Shown one piece after another: positions 26,369 to 36,263 of a DNA stretch of 40,594 bases. Made by a program: the position numbers and the translations under genes. The stretch is from positions 1 through 40,594 of the forward strand of contig UYFQ01000795.1 of the NCBI GenBank assembly GCA_900617105.1, in the 5' to 3' direction. Under the pieces are notes generated by a model. The model had not been told where the DNA came from, did no database searches, and saw nothing but the letters and a program-made list of their open reading frames with translations. Numbering within the stretch: the first letter of the stretch is position 1; every line of letters begins with the position of its first letter. The stretch comes from Hydrurus foetidus. Taxonomy: Eukaryota.

Positions 26369-27109
26369 AAAGGATGTGGACCCTGGACCGAAAATCCTCG
26401 AAGATTCCAGAAAGAAATAGGAAATAAAAATACATACATGAAAATATACGAGTCTTTTAGGCAGACTTGTGTGTCCTTACTTTATCTGGGTTTATCTATA
26501 TTAGTTTGCAACCGCAGCCCAACGGTGTCACATATTTCACATTCTAATTGATTAGTTATTCAGATTAAATAAATCACTTCAATTCGTGAAATCTTTTCTT
26601 CGATTTACAGCAGATATCCGTTCAATAGGAAGTAAAAATCACTTTTTAAGGACCAATAATTGATCGCGTATGTCTAGCTTTAGACAGAGAAAAAATTGTC
26701 AAAGATGATTTCGACAAGGTACATATTCTCAATGCAGCCGAATAATGTCGGGGTACGCACAAAAACCCATAAATTTTTCGACTCCAATAAAAATTTAAAT
26801 TGCATCGTATTTCATGTCTCAAGGTAATAGATCATTGCCATATCATTGCTGCATCTGCACCACGACATCTAAGTGGCGTGATAAATAACTTGTATTTGCT
26901 ATCTCTCTCATGGAGTGCACAATGTAATCAGACCCACTCAAAATAGTCAGCCTCTCCATGAGTACAAGAAAAAAGAGCTTCATGACAGTTACGAATCGCG
27001 CGTAGCACCGTCAGCGTAATGCGCAGCCTCCGAATGAACATTCGCGTTTGTCAAATAGAGTAGTTTTGTCTCGGTGCACACTCAAGATAGTTGCGTAGCA
27101 AGGGCTATT

Positions 27110-27595
27110 CTATGCCGATTCCACCAGAATCTCGAGGTCATGACGAGCAGTCGCTTTTTTGACATTTTTTTCAAGGGAGTATCGGACCATTGCAAATGAC
27201 ATGACAGAGATAATCGCAATTGCTAGTAGAAGAAAGTAGCAACGCGATTTTAAACTCGCCGCATAATCATTTATCGGCATGATCACCGGTTCCTCAATTT
27301 TTGTAAGACGACGTGTCTCTCCCTTGTTTGTGTTATCTCTAATGTTTCCATTCCAGCCTTTATCGGTGAACATGAGATTAGGCGAATCACGACCTTTTCT
27401 ATACCTCAACATTTTTTTCTGCGTAGTATCGAGATATTCGCCTATAGCATGTTTCCTGCCCACTCTCGCATATTGGATTGGCTTCACTCTCGAATTTGCA
27501 TAATTTTTGAAAATATTGAATTGGTCTTGCTGAGATTGAGCCAAGAATGGGGCAGCGGGGAAAGAAAATAGAAGCAGTGAGACGGGGATCTTCAT
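27110..27595 (-). CDS. Hypothetical 161-aa protein with predicted signal peptide and C-terminal TM helix
   Basis: ATG-initiated ORF with hydrophobic N-terminus MKIPVSLLLFSFPAAPFLA and segment YFLLLAIAIISVMSFAMV. Divergent from the prefoldin gene. Confidence 0.6.
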   Translation of the reverse strand: MKIPVSLLLFSFPAAPFLAQSQQDQFNIFKNYANSRVKPIQYARVGRKHAIGEYLDTTQKKMLRYRKGRDSPNLMFTDKGWNGNIRDNTNKGETRRLTKIEEPVIMPINDYAASLKSRCYFLLLAIAIISVMSFAMVRYSLEKNVKKATARHDLEILVESA

Positions 27596-27956
27596 CGGGA
27601 TCTACAGCGCCTCATGAGGAAAAAAGACAATGAATAAGCTTCAGTTCCCGAAGAGTCTCCTCACAGCTCGTAGATAACTTAGCGTAACAGCTCGAAGCGC
27701 GAGCTCGAGCCCAGCAGCTGTTCTTGAATTTGAGTTCGAGTTGGGGAGTTGTAAAACGAATTCTGAACAAAATTTGGCAGACCCAAGATCCAAGATCTGG
27801 GATCGATCTGGTCTCTTGTTGGAGGTGGTCTCGAATGTTTGCGACGCAACTGCCTCACCATAACTCCTCGATCATTCCACACTCACGTCAAAGAGGTGTG
27901 GGACGAGGAGCAGACAGTGTCATTTCCGCTAGTGCAGTGAGTTCAGGGTTTCCACG

Positions 27957-28423
27957 ATGGCAGAGGATAACTCGCAAAGTATACTGAACACTTACAAATC
28001 AATGACTTCCGAATGTCAAACAATAGCAAGCAAAATTACAGAGCTATCCTCAGAAAGGGATGAACATAAACTAGTTGTAGACACGCTAACGAAGCTCGAG
28101 CCCGGCAGGAAAGCCTTCCGGCTTGTTGGAGGTGTGCTCGTGGAAAGAACAGTGGAGGAAGTACTGCCAGCAGTTTCTCAAAACTACGAAGGGGTATACT
28201 TGATTATTCACATTCACTGTCATCTATAAAGTCAGTCTGTTTGCGACTTCAAAGTTAATCAGCGTATTTTTGTTCTACACTGCATCAGATAAAGGACATG
28301 CTCCTCAAATTAGATGAAACTCTCAAGTACAAAGACACGGAAAGGAAAGCGTTTAAAGAGAAGCATGGGATCATGACACAAGACGAGAGAAATGCAATGA
28401 TGAAGAAGAGGGCAACAAATTAA
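27957..28423 (+). CDS. PFDN2: Prefoldin subunit 2 (exons 27957-28193, 28289-28423)
   Basis: IASKITEL..ERDEHKLVVDTL...RKAFRLVGGVLVERTVEEVLPAV is the prefoldin-2 signature. A GT-AG intron keeps the frame to TAA at 28423. Confidence 0.93.
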
Positions 28424-28984
28424 TGCGTCGCCCTCGTCGTCTCACGACCCGTCAATGTCTATCGGTTCATCGCGTGCTGTAACTGGGCATATCTGGTGCA
28501 TTTTATTAAGTTACTTAATTGCGAATCTAAGGAATCACCGTCATTTTAAGATACCTGTGTGTGATTCCATCTACATCACTCCTGCATGAGCAAAGGACAG
28601 ACTGTCAGGTGGTCCTTCAACTGTTATTACCAATTTTCCAGGTGGTGTCATGTATACTTATTACAAATCTTTTAACATATCCGTAATGTCGTCAATGTTG
28701 TACGCGCGATGATTGTGCTGCTGAATATGAGTTCGCAGACACGTGAAAGGGGTATTTTTGCTATCAAAAAAATTGTGCAGGAAAGTAATACCATCGGAGT
28801 CGATGACCGTTGCATCGCCCTCCACTATAAGCAAATGGTTCCGCGTACCCCGTTCTTCGGACGTCGAGTCAACCTAAAATTTTCTTTCGTAATCCCTTTC
28901 GTCTCTTCCATCAAGATAGGCGAAGAATCGCGATCGAGAGTCTAGTCCGGAATTTCCGTAGCATGATGTTACTGAAAGACAATC

Positions 28985-29215
28985 AGCGTCTCAGATTTCT
29001 CGAACTGATAACTCTTCACTATCTCCCCTCGTCCTTTTGTGCAAGACAGACCAGCTTCTTATGCGTCGAGTGGTCCAATTAGCGTCCGTGATGTCTCAAG
29101 ATATAACGTTTCTCCGAGAGTTATCAGTCTGCCGATTTCACTGCTGTCACCAACTGATTGCGACAGCATCTGGATTTCACCTAGAACATTGGGCGGTTCA
29201 GCAGGATTTGAGACA
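28985..29215 (-). pseudogene. Decayed tandem partial copy of the 29242-29652 gene
   Basis: Shares TTATGCGTCGAGTGGTCC, CGTTTCTCCGAGAGTTATC and GATTTCA.TGCTGTC with 29320-29540, with deletions and frameshifts. Confidence 0.8.
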
Positions 29216-29241
29216 GTCTGTTACGTTTTTCGCGACTTTTT

Positions 29242-29652
29242 CTACAATGAGTCATGATCGAGAGTCTCGTCTGTAATTTCCGCAGCACGCTGTTTCTGCA
29301 ACACCTTCAGACGTTTCAAATTTCTCGCGCTGATAACTCTCCAGGAGTTCTCCTGCTCGATTTTGTTCAAGGTAGACCAATTTGTTATGCGTCGAGTGGT
29401 CCCATCAGCGTTGATTATGATAGGCCCAAGTTCCTCTAGGGATATCGTTTCTCCGAGAGTTATCTGTCTACTGATTTCATTGCTGTCCCCAATTGATGAC
29501 GGCAGCATCAGAATTTCATCGGGAATATTGAGCGATTCACTAGGAATTGGGGCTAATTCTTCTCCTCTAATGTAACAGACAGCCATATGCCGACCTCTAC
29601 TGCCAGCAGATAATAAACTGACAATCCCAAAAATATTTGCGATGAAATACAT
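29242..29652 (-). CDS. Conserved uncharacterised small protein (LGPIIINxDGTxxRIxNW...RN motif)
   Basis: ISLEELGPIIINADGTTRRITNWSTLNKIEQENSWRVISARNLKRL resembles, from memory, a family of small unknown proteins of fungi and protists. Confidence 0.75.
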   Translation of the reverse strand: MYFIANIFGIVSLLSAGSRGRHMAVCYIRGEELAPIPSESLNIPDEILMLPSSIGDSNEISRQITLGETISLEELGPIIINADGTTRRITNWSTLNKIEQENSWRVISARNLKRLKVLQKQRAAEITDETLDHDSL

Positions 29653-29835
29653 GACGATGAAATCCTAGCACGTTTCAGGTGGAAGTAAGTGATTGAAAAA
29701 TTGCACTATGTGACAGAATCAGTGTTGATCGCAGAACCTCCTCCTTGAGTCCAGAAGTTACACTGTCTTCTGGCTCCATAGCGGATCAATCATGCGCAGG
29801 CTTGACCAACCAACCAGTTAATGTAGGGTACATTA

Positions 29836-30188
29836 TGTTGTGAAATGTGGACTTAAAGGTGTGCCGTGTATCCTATACGGTTGGTCACAAGCTCCCCACT
29901 GCACTCTCCGATGCGGCTTCACTCGCTCTGTCTGGACTCAGAAGAGAAGTTTCGCTGTCGGCTACGAGTTTGGGTTAATTAGCACTGCTGCAACGCAGTA
30001 GTAGTCGAGTGTAGTCGGTAGTTGTTGCAACAGGTTGATGGCTATCCTAGATCAAATACGTCATATCGTATGTAGTACGGTACTGCTGTGGTGCAACACC
30101 GTACGTGTGGTTCAAATATGAAATACAGATAATAGCATCACAATTCGTATACGGAATATCTAGTCTACATAATACTGATATTACTACA
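29836..30188 (-). repeat. 3' LTR of copia element
   Basis: Direct repeat of 35719-36071. Confidence 0.96.
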
Positions 30189-30674
30189 CACCCCTATGAT
30201 GTGTTATCGTATTCAATTCAAACAAGTTTATTCAATTATTATTTCAAAGGCATTAAATTAATTCATACATGTTCATTCAATATTAATCATAAATAAAGTT
30301 TCATCAATGGCTCCGGAATGTTACGTCGGTGTCTTGAAAATCGATCTCAGTCGGAAAAGAATGTAGTGGTAGTTGGCGGTAGGAATGTGTAGGCTGTAGA
30401 AATAGTTGTTTTAGGCAAAGTTGGCGGTTGGAAGTAGTTTATCGTAGGAATGTTGTCTTCAGTTGATGTGTCTCGACCATGTGTAGTGTAGGCTCGAGTG
30501 TAGGTGTCTTGAGTGTTCATGTCTTGGAGGTTGATGTTGTAGGGCAGAAGGAATTCGATGGAATTGCAGATTCATAAAAACAGATTCATATAATACATAG
30601 GGTTGATGTTGGCCAAAGTAGCAGAAATTTGGTTGGCAAAGCGTAGGTAGAAGAAATTTGATAGAGTGGAATAC

Positions 30675-33600
30675 TCAGGTGATTCCGAGTAGTTTATCAC
30701 GAAAAGCTCTGAACTGCTCTCCTTGAAGTGGTTTAGTTAGCATATCTGCTAACATGTCGTTAGTTGATTTATAGGTGATGGTTATTTCTTTGTCTCTTAC
30801 CCGGTCATGTAGGAAAAAATACCGGATGTTGATGTGGCGCGTACGTTCGCTGTTGGAGCGACCGTTGTTGATAAGTTGGATAGTAGATTTATTGTCTTGA
30901 AAAATGATGGCGCTCCTGTCTTGATATCCTTGGTCTATGAGGAACAGTCGTGCCCACAGCACCTGATTGGCTGAGTCGCTCAGTCCTACCAGCTCGGCTT
31001 CGGTACTCGACTTCGTGGTTAGCTTTTGAGTTGAACTCTTAGCGTACACTACGCCTTTCCCTAATGTGATGGCGCTTCCAGTGTGGCTCTTCATGTCGCT
31101 ATGCACGCCGAAGGAGGCGTCGACATAACAGGTGATGGTGATAGGGTCTTCGACTCTTAGGGTGAGGCCTAAGTCTTTGGTATCCCGTATGTACTGTATA
31201 GTACGTTCCAGTTTCTTCATGTCCTCCACTTGAGGCTTTGTCACCCGCTTAGTCAAGAACGCTACCGGCGTCAAGATGTCTGGTCTTGCCCTTTTGCTAA
31301 GGTATAGCAGCTTCGCTGTAGTTGAATGGAAATACTCACGAGCAGAAGTGGTTAGTAGTGGGTCAGAAGTATCCGGTTTTACGGAAAATAATTCCGACTT
31401 GGCGGGTGTCGGTGCCACCCCTAGAATCTTTTTACAGTCTTCTAGCAGCTCCTTGACAAATCCCTCCATGGTTATCCTGACCTCCCCGGCTGACTCGAAA
31501 TTAAAAGTCATACCTATATAATTAAGTACTTTTCCTCGATGTTTCGTTAGTCCGGGATATAGTTTTTCAATTTCATAAATTACCATATCAACATATTTGT
31601 CATTACAACACGATATCATCATGTCATCAACGTGGATAATCAATGTGGTTTGTGATTTGTTGTTTTCAGTTCTATTAAACACACACATGTCGTAAGCATT
31701 AGCAGTATAGCCTAATACAGACAAATCATGTGAAATTTTATCGTACCACAATTTTGCAGATTCAACACAACCATACAATGCTTTCTTCAATTTAACAATG
31801 CATGTACCCTTATCATTGACATATTTCATATATGATTTATCAATGGATGTCAAAACACCAGTCAAATATTTATTCAATCTCATAAATACAGTGTGACTAC
31901 CTTCAAGTGGCATATCGCTATTTAAAAATGCTCCTGGAAAATCTATCGTAGCTAATGATCTATTCTCTTTCGCAGCAATTGAAGCAATTATAAACACACT
32001 AGTAGTACTAACAGTAGGTGATGAGCCATTATCGTAAATATCTCTATCCTGTAAATGACCTCCTGCAACTAATCTCGATTTTAACTTATCGAATTTACCT
32101 TCTGCAGTATACTTATCTTTTAAAAACATACTACTGGTTATGATGTTGTTACGTTGTAATGGTGTTAGTGAGTTGATCAACACTCCTTCCCACACATTTT
32201 TCTCACACATCTGTTGCATTTCTTTTCTAATGGAATCGATAGCTATATCACCTAACTTATCGATACCGTCTTTAACAGTCATGTTAAAAGCATATGAACA
32301 ATCGAGGTGATGCAACACTTCAGGTATACAACATCCTATGTTCCTTTTTCCTCTGTTGGATGCCCATCTACCTGGCTGGTGATTTCTAGCGCTACGTCTC
32401 AAAGCAGGCTGTTCTATATCAGGTAATTCATCTGTAAGTACGTCATCTACGGTGTACGTATCTTCAATGGCATCAACGGTTTCATCATATGTAAGTACAT
32501 TGTCATCAACGTACGTGCTGTTTACATCAGGTGCATCATATTCCATTGCAACATCGTCATGTTCAATAGGTTCAAATTCAGCATCATCAGTCTCTAGCTG
32601 CACTGCATAATTGTCTATCATAGCATCATTATCAGGCATATCATTAAAATCATTTTCTTCATTCATCACTGGCACATCTGGCAGTTCAGATATCACATGC
32701 GGTTCACCATCATATGAGTCATCATACATTTCATCTGAATGTGGTATGTGTGAATGACTAAATCTTCTCATATTATTATTATAAATCTTATGATCATCAT
32801 AATCAAGTCCATCATCATCAATCACCCGCCTATTCTGTTCAAATACAGGTTGATTAGTGTTATTACCCTTATTAATGTTTCTCTTATCAGATAATCCATT
32901 TAGGTAAGTAATAACTTCATCAGGCATGGGTAGTGATGTGGCTTTAGTGCGTTTAACTATCTGTTCATTACTGAGTAACATGTAATACCAAGATCCTTCT
33001 AGATTGCCTGCACTCATTAGAGCGATGGCACCTGAAGTTCTGGCTTTATTACTATTATCAATATTATCTGAGTGCACTTGTACATAGTCACCAAAACCGT
33101 GTTTCAGTTCTTTGTCTACGTTTATCTTCCTACCGTATAGTTTCTCTCTAGGGCTGACATAGTCTACTGTGTTCCTTGTCGGAACTAACACTATACGGTT
33201 AACAGCATATCTAACTAACCATCCTTCTAGCTTCTCAGTTAATCTAAATGGTAGTGTATTGATTACTGCTCTAACTCTCTCTTTAATCTGTCTGATCTTA
33301 CGCTCGACTACGGTAACTGCCTCACCTGCACCTGTCGTGTCTAATGCAGTACCTATCGTGGCTAACTTAGTCTCAAACCATACTGAATTGATGGCGCCCT
33401 CTCCATCAACTCTAACTAAATTTAAACTGAAACCATACTTAGTTATGTGTCTAATATCGCTCTCTAAGCTAGTCCACAGTGTAATGTTAGCTCTGTTATT
33501 TAACTTATTTACCATAGTATACTCCAATGGCTTAACAACGGCTATTAAAAAAGGATTGCCGTTAACAAACATTATGTCTATATACATGATTTGATCTCTT

Positions 33601-34409
33601 TGCTGCATATTATCTAACAGTGGTTGCTCCTCTTCAATCTGTGCCTGATGGCTTGGCGTTTTTCCCTTTAGGGAGCCTAAATCAGGACCCCAGATATCCA
33701 AAGACCTAACTACGTCTTGTGCCGTAATATCACTGTTAACTAGTTTACCCTGTCCTATCAGCTTAATTACCTGACCAGGGCTGGCATATCCTAATTTCCT
33801 CTGATATTCTCTAGCTAACTCAGCTTGTTTTACCTGTCTAACTGTGTATTTCTTCATCTTATCTGTAACTGTTGTAACTAACATTAACTTAGGCTTACTT
33901 ACCATTGTGTCTAAATTACATATATATATATTATATTTTACATCTCTGTTGAAGTAGTAACAACATCCGCCTCTTTTAATTTGCAAACTATAAAAATCGC
34001 TCCCACTACTATACTTCATAGAGTAACAATTATTTACCATGTTAGCAAAAGACAAGATGTTAGCTATACAATTAGGGTCATAGTATACTAATCCAAAGTC
34101 CGTCGTCCCGCATTCTCTGATAACCATAGGCTCTCCTCTACTATTAACTCCATTAACTACCATGGGTGTAACAGCAGGCACAATGTCATAGAACAGTGTG
34201 GCAGTTCTAAATACAGATTCACCAGCACATGTGTCAAGCAACAATTGATTATCAGCAAATACATCAGAATCATTCGTGATATCTATACTAAATATATTGC
34301 TATCTACTGCTGGTGTCTCTGAGACTGGTGCTTCATCATCTATAAATTTAATTTGTACATATTTAGATATTCGTACATGCTTAACGGTTTTATCAACAAC
34401 ATAGTCACA
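30675..34409 (-). CDS. pol: Copia pol (protease, integrase, RT, RNase H); no initiating ATG upstream of the protease motif
   Basis: Protease LLDTCAGES; integrase YIDIMFVNG/RVDGEG/VVERKIR; RT KSRLVAGG, LKKALYG, HVDD; RNase H YVDASF, SSTEAE, QDNKS, ADMLTKPL. The frame is open from ~34409 to the stop at 30675. Confidence 0.93.
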   Translation of the reverse strand, partial: CDYVVDKTVKHVRISKYVQIKFIDDEAPVSETPAVDSNIFSIDITNDSDVFADNQLLLDTCAGESVFRTATLFYDIVPAVTPMVVNGVNSRGEPMVIRECGTTDFGLVYYDPNCIANILSFANMVNNCYSMKYSSGSDFYSLQIKRGGCCYYFNRDVKYNIYICNLDTMVSKPKLMLVTTVTDKMKKYTVRQVKQAELAREYQRKLGYASPGQVIKLIGQGKLVNSDITAQDVVRSLDIWGPDLGSLKGKTPSHQAQIEEEQPLLDNMQQRDQIMYIDIMFVNGNPFLIAVVKPLEYTMVNKLNNRANITLWTSLESDIRHITKYGFSLNLVRVDGEGAINSVWFETKLATIGTALDTTGAGEAVTVVERKIRQIKERVRAVINTLPFRLTEKLEGWLVRYAVNRIVLVPTRNTVDYVSPREKLYGRKINVDKELKHGFGDYVQVHSDNIDNSNKARTSGAIALMSAGNLEGSWYYMLLSNEQIVKRTKATSLPMPDEVITYLNGLSDKRNINKGNNTNQPVFEQNRRVIDDDGLDYDDHKIYNNNMRRFSHSHIPHSDEMYDDSYDGEPHVISELPDVPVMNEENDFNDMPDNDAMIDNYAVQLETDDAEFEPIEHDDVAMEYDAPDVNSTYVDDNVLTYDETVDAIEDTYTVDDVLTDELPDIEQPALRRSARNHQPGRWASNRGKRNIGCCIPEVLHHLDCSYAFNMTVKDGIDKLGDIAIDSIRKEMQQMCEKNVWEGVLINSLTPLQRNNIITSSMFLKDKYTAEGKFDKLKSRLVAGGHLQDRDIYDNGSSPTVSTTSVFIIASIAAKENRSLATIDFPGAFLNSDMPLEGSHTVFMRLNKYLTGVLTSIDKSYMKYVNDKGTCIVKLKKALYGCVESAKLWYDKISHDLSVLGYTANAYDMCVFNRTENNKSQTTLIIHVDDMMISCCNDKYVDMVIYEIEKLYPGLTKHRGKVLNYIGMTFNFESAGEVRITMEGFVKELLEDCKKILGVAPTPAKSELFSVKPDTSDPLLTTSAREYFHSTTAKLLYLSKRARPDILTPVAFLTKRVTKPQVEDMKKLERTIQYIRDTKDLGLTLRVEDPITITCYVDASFGVHSDMKSHTGSAITLGKGVVYAKSSTQKLTTKSSTEAELVGLSDSANQVLWARLFLIDQGYQDRSAIIFQDNKSTIQLINNGRSNSERTRHINIRYFFLHDRVRDKEITITYKSTNDMLADMLTKPLQGEQFRAFRDKLLGIT

Positions 34410-34461
34410 TCATTGTTCACATCACTAGCTATGAAATCATGTAAAGAATCATGTATGTGAC

Positions 34462-35681
34462 TTACTTTCCCTTCCCGGATGGTGTCGTTGATTTTCCTCC
34501 GGTGCTCTTGCCTCCTTCCTCGCCCCAGTACTGAGCTACAGTATCCGCTGCTTCCGCTCTGCATTCACGAGCTAGGTGCCCATATTTCCCACAGTTATTG
34601 CATGGTCCTCGCTTGTACCCCGCTGGTGGGGATTTGTTGGATGTATAGGCTGCTATAGGAGATCCCTTCTCGCTGCTGCTGCTTCCTTCTGTAGAGTCTG
34701 CTCCATCCTTCACCCATTCGCGTTCGGTGCACTCTTTCCTTTGTGCCCTCCGGGGTAGCCTCCTCGGCCGCCCCTGACTCCTCTGCCAGTCATGGCGAAT
34801 GCGTTCGCTCGTTCCATCCCTGCTGGTGAGTTCCCAGCTGCCCTCTTGGGATTGTACTTGGCCGCTTCTTGATAAGCTGACTCAAGACAATCAGGCCAGG
34901 GTTTCAGTCCGTTCGTGAAGAATGATTTAAACTCTAGGTAGCTACTGTTCAATCCCAATATGAACTTGACAGCCATCTGTCCCTCCGGATACAATTCGTC
35001 TATTCCCTCACGACCAGCCATCTCATACGCTTGTTGAATAGCAGTGAGAGCTGACTTGGTGCTCGTGAGGTACATGCTGAGGTTTTCATGGCCTCCCATA
35101 ACTAGGTCGTTGTAGCGCTGAGTAATAACATACATTTGATGTTGCACTCCCAATGTCGAGTCTCCTATGTGGGTGACGAGGATTGCTTGAAGCAATTTCC
35201 TCGGCTCAAACTCACAGGCTGCTTCCACTCCTAGCAGCACCTCTCCTACTCTAGTCTTAGAGCTTTCGGACATTTGACCGAGCATGGCGCCGTACAGATT
35301 TAGCTTGTCCTCTTCTAGCTTAGTTGTCTGTTTGTTGAACTCAACTAGGTCAAATTCCCATATCTTCCTGTCGTACTGCGTGGCACCTTCAGGTGGGTGC
35401 TCTGGTTGTACATAAACGGGGTAATCCCCCAGTGTGCCGTCTGCTCCGAAGATCATGCTGACTCTTGATTTAAAAGTAGTCATCGCATATTCCTTCATCT
35501 TCGACATCCATTTGGTAACCGCACCATGGGCAATGTCCTTCCCAGGTGGTAGGTCCAAATATGCACCGATCGTCGGTATGTTTCCACGATTGTGGTTCGT
35601 CGTCGCCGGAGATCCTCTCCCGCCACGACCCGCAAAGTATCCTCGTCCACGTCCCTGTTGGGGACTTCCACGACCTTTCAT
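34462..35681 (-). CDS. gag: Copia gag with RGG-rich regions and CCHC zinc knuckle; one frameshift near 34715
   Basis: ATG at 35681 (MKGRGSPQQGRGRG). The ORF to 34710 overlaps a second ORF carrying CNNCGKYGHLAREC that ends GKGK-TAA at 34462. Confidence 0.85.
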
Positions 35682-35707
35682 CGTTGCAACTTCTTGTTGC
35701 AACGATG

Positions 35708-35718
35708 AGTGCTAATTA
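35708..35718 (-). promoter_or_regulatory. Non-tRNA-type primer-binding site (TAATTAGCACT) complementary to LTR-internal 35859-35869
   Basis: Immediately abuts the 5' LTR, lacks TGG, and is a perfect 11-nt inverted repeat with the LTR sequence. Confidence 0.75.
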
Positions 35719-36071
35719 TGTTGTGAAATGTGGACTTAAAGGTGTGCCGTGTATCCTATACGGTTGGTCACAAGCTCCCCACTGCACTCTCCGATGCGGC
35801 TTCACTCGCTCTGTCTGGACTCAGAAGAGAAGTTTCGCTGTCGGCTACGAGTTTGGGTTAATTAGCACTGCTGCAACGCAGTAGTAGTCGAGTGTAGTCG
35901 GTAGTTGTTGCAACAGGTTGATGGCTATCCTAGATCAAATACGTCATATCGTATGTAGTACGGTACTGCTGTGGTGCAACACCGTACGTGTGGTTCAAAT
36001 ATGAAATACAGATAATAGCATCACAATTCGTATACGGAATATCTAGTCTACATAATACTGATATTACTACA
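35719..36071 (-). repeat. 5' LTR of copia element
   Basis: Direct repeat of 29836-30188. Confidence 0.96.
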
Positions 36072-36263
36072 CATTATATGGCACTATATGACATTATAAT
36101 GTTGTCCATTAATGAATGTAAGGCTGTTTGGTCCGAACCACAATACTCATAATACGACATTGGAAGGCCACCAAAACTGTATTATTCCTGCGGAGTAAAA
36201 ATCCGATACTACCAGGATTAAATTTTTTTTAATCCGAGGAGTAAATGGCCTTTACTTCATACC

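Larger units (their letters stand above)
29836..36071 (-). mobile_element. Complete Ty1/copia LTR retrotransposon (CoDi-like), 6236 bp, CATTA target-site duplication
   Basis: Two 353-bp TG...CA LTRs that look identical by eye. CATTA occurs at 29831-29835 and 36072-36076. Domain order is gag-PR-IN-RT-RNaseH, with a purine tract AGGGGTG next to the 3' LTR. Confidence 0.97.

Noticed and set aside
34340..34465. GTAAGT...TTTATAG intron joining gag to pol
   Set aside because: Splicing to this acceptor gives an immediate stop (GGA AAA TGA).
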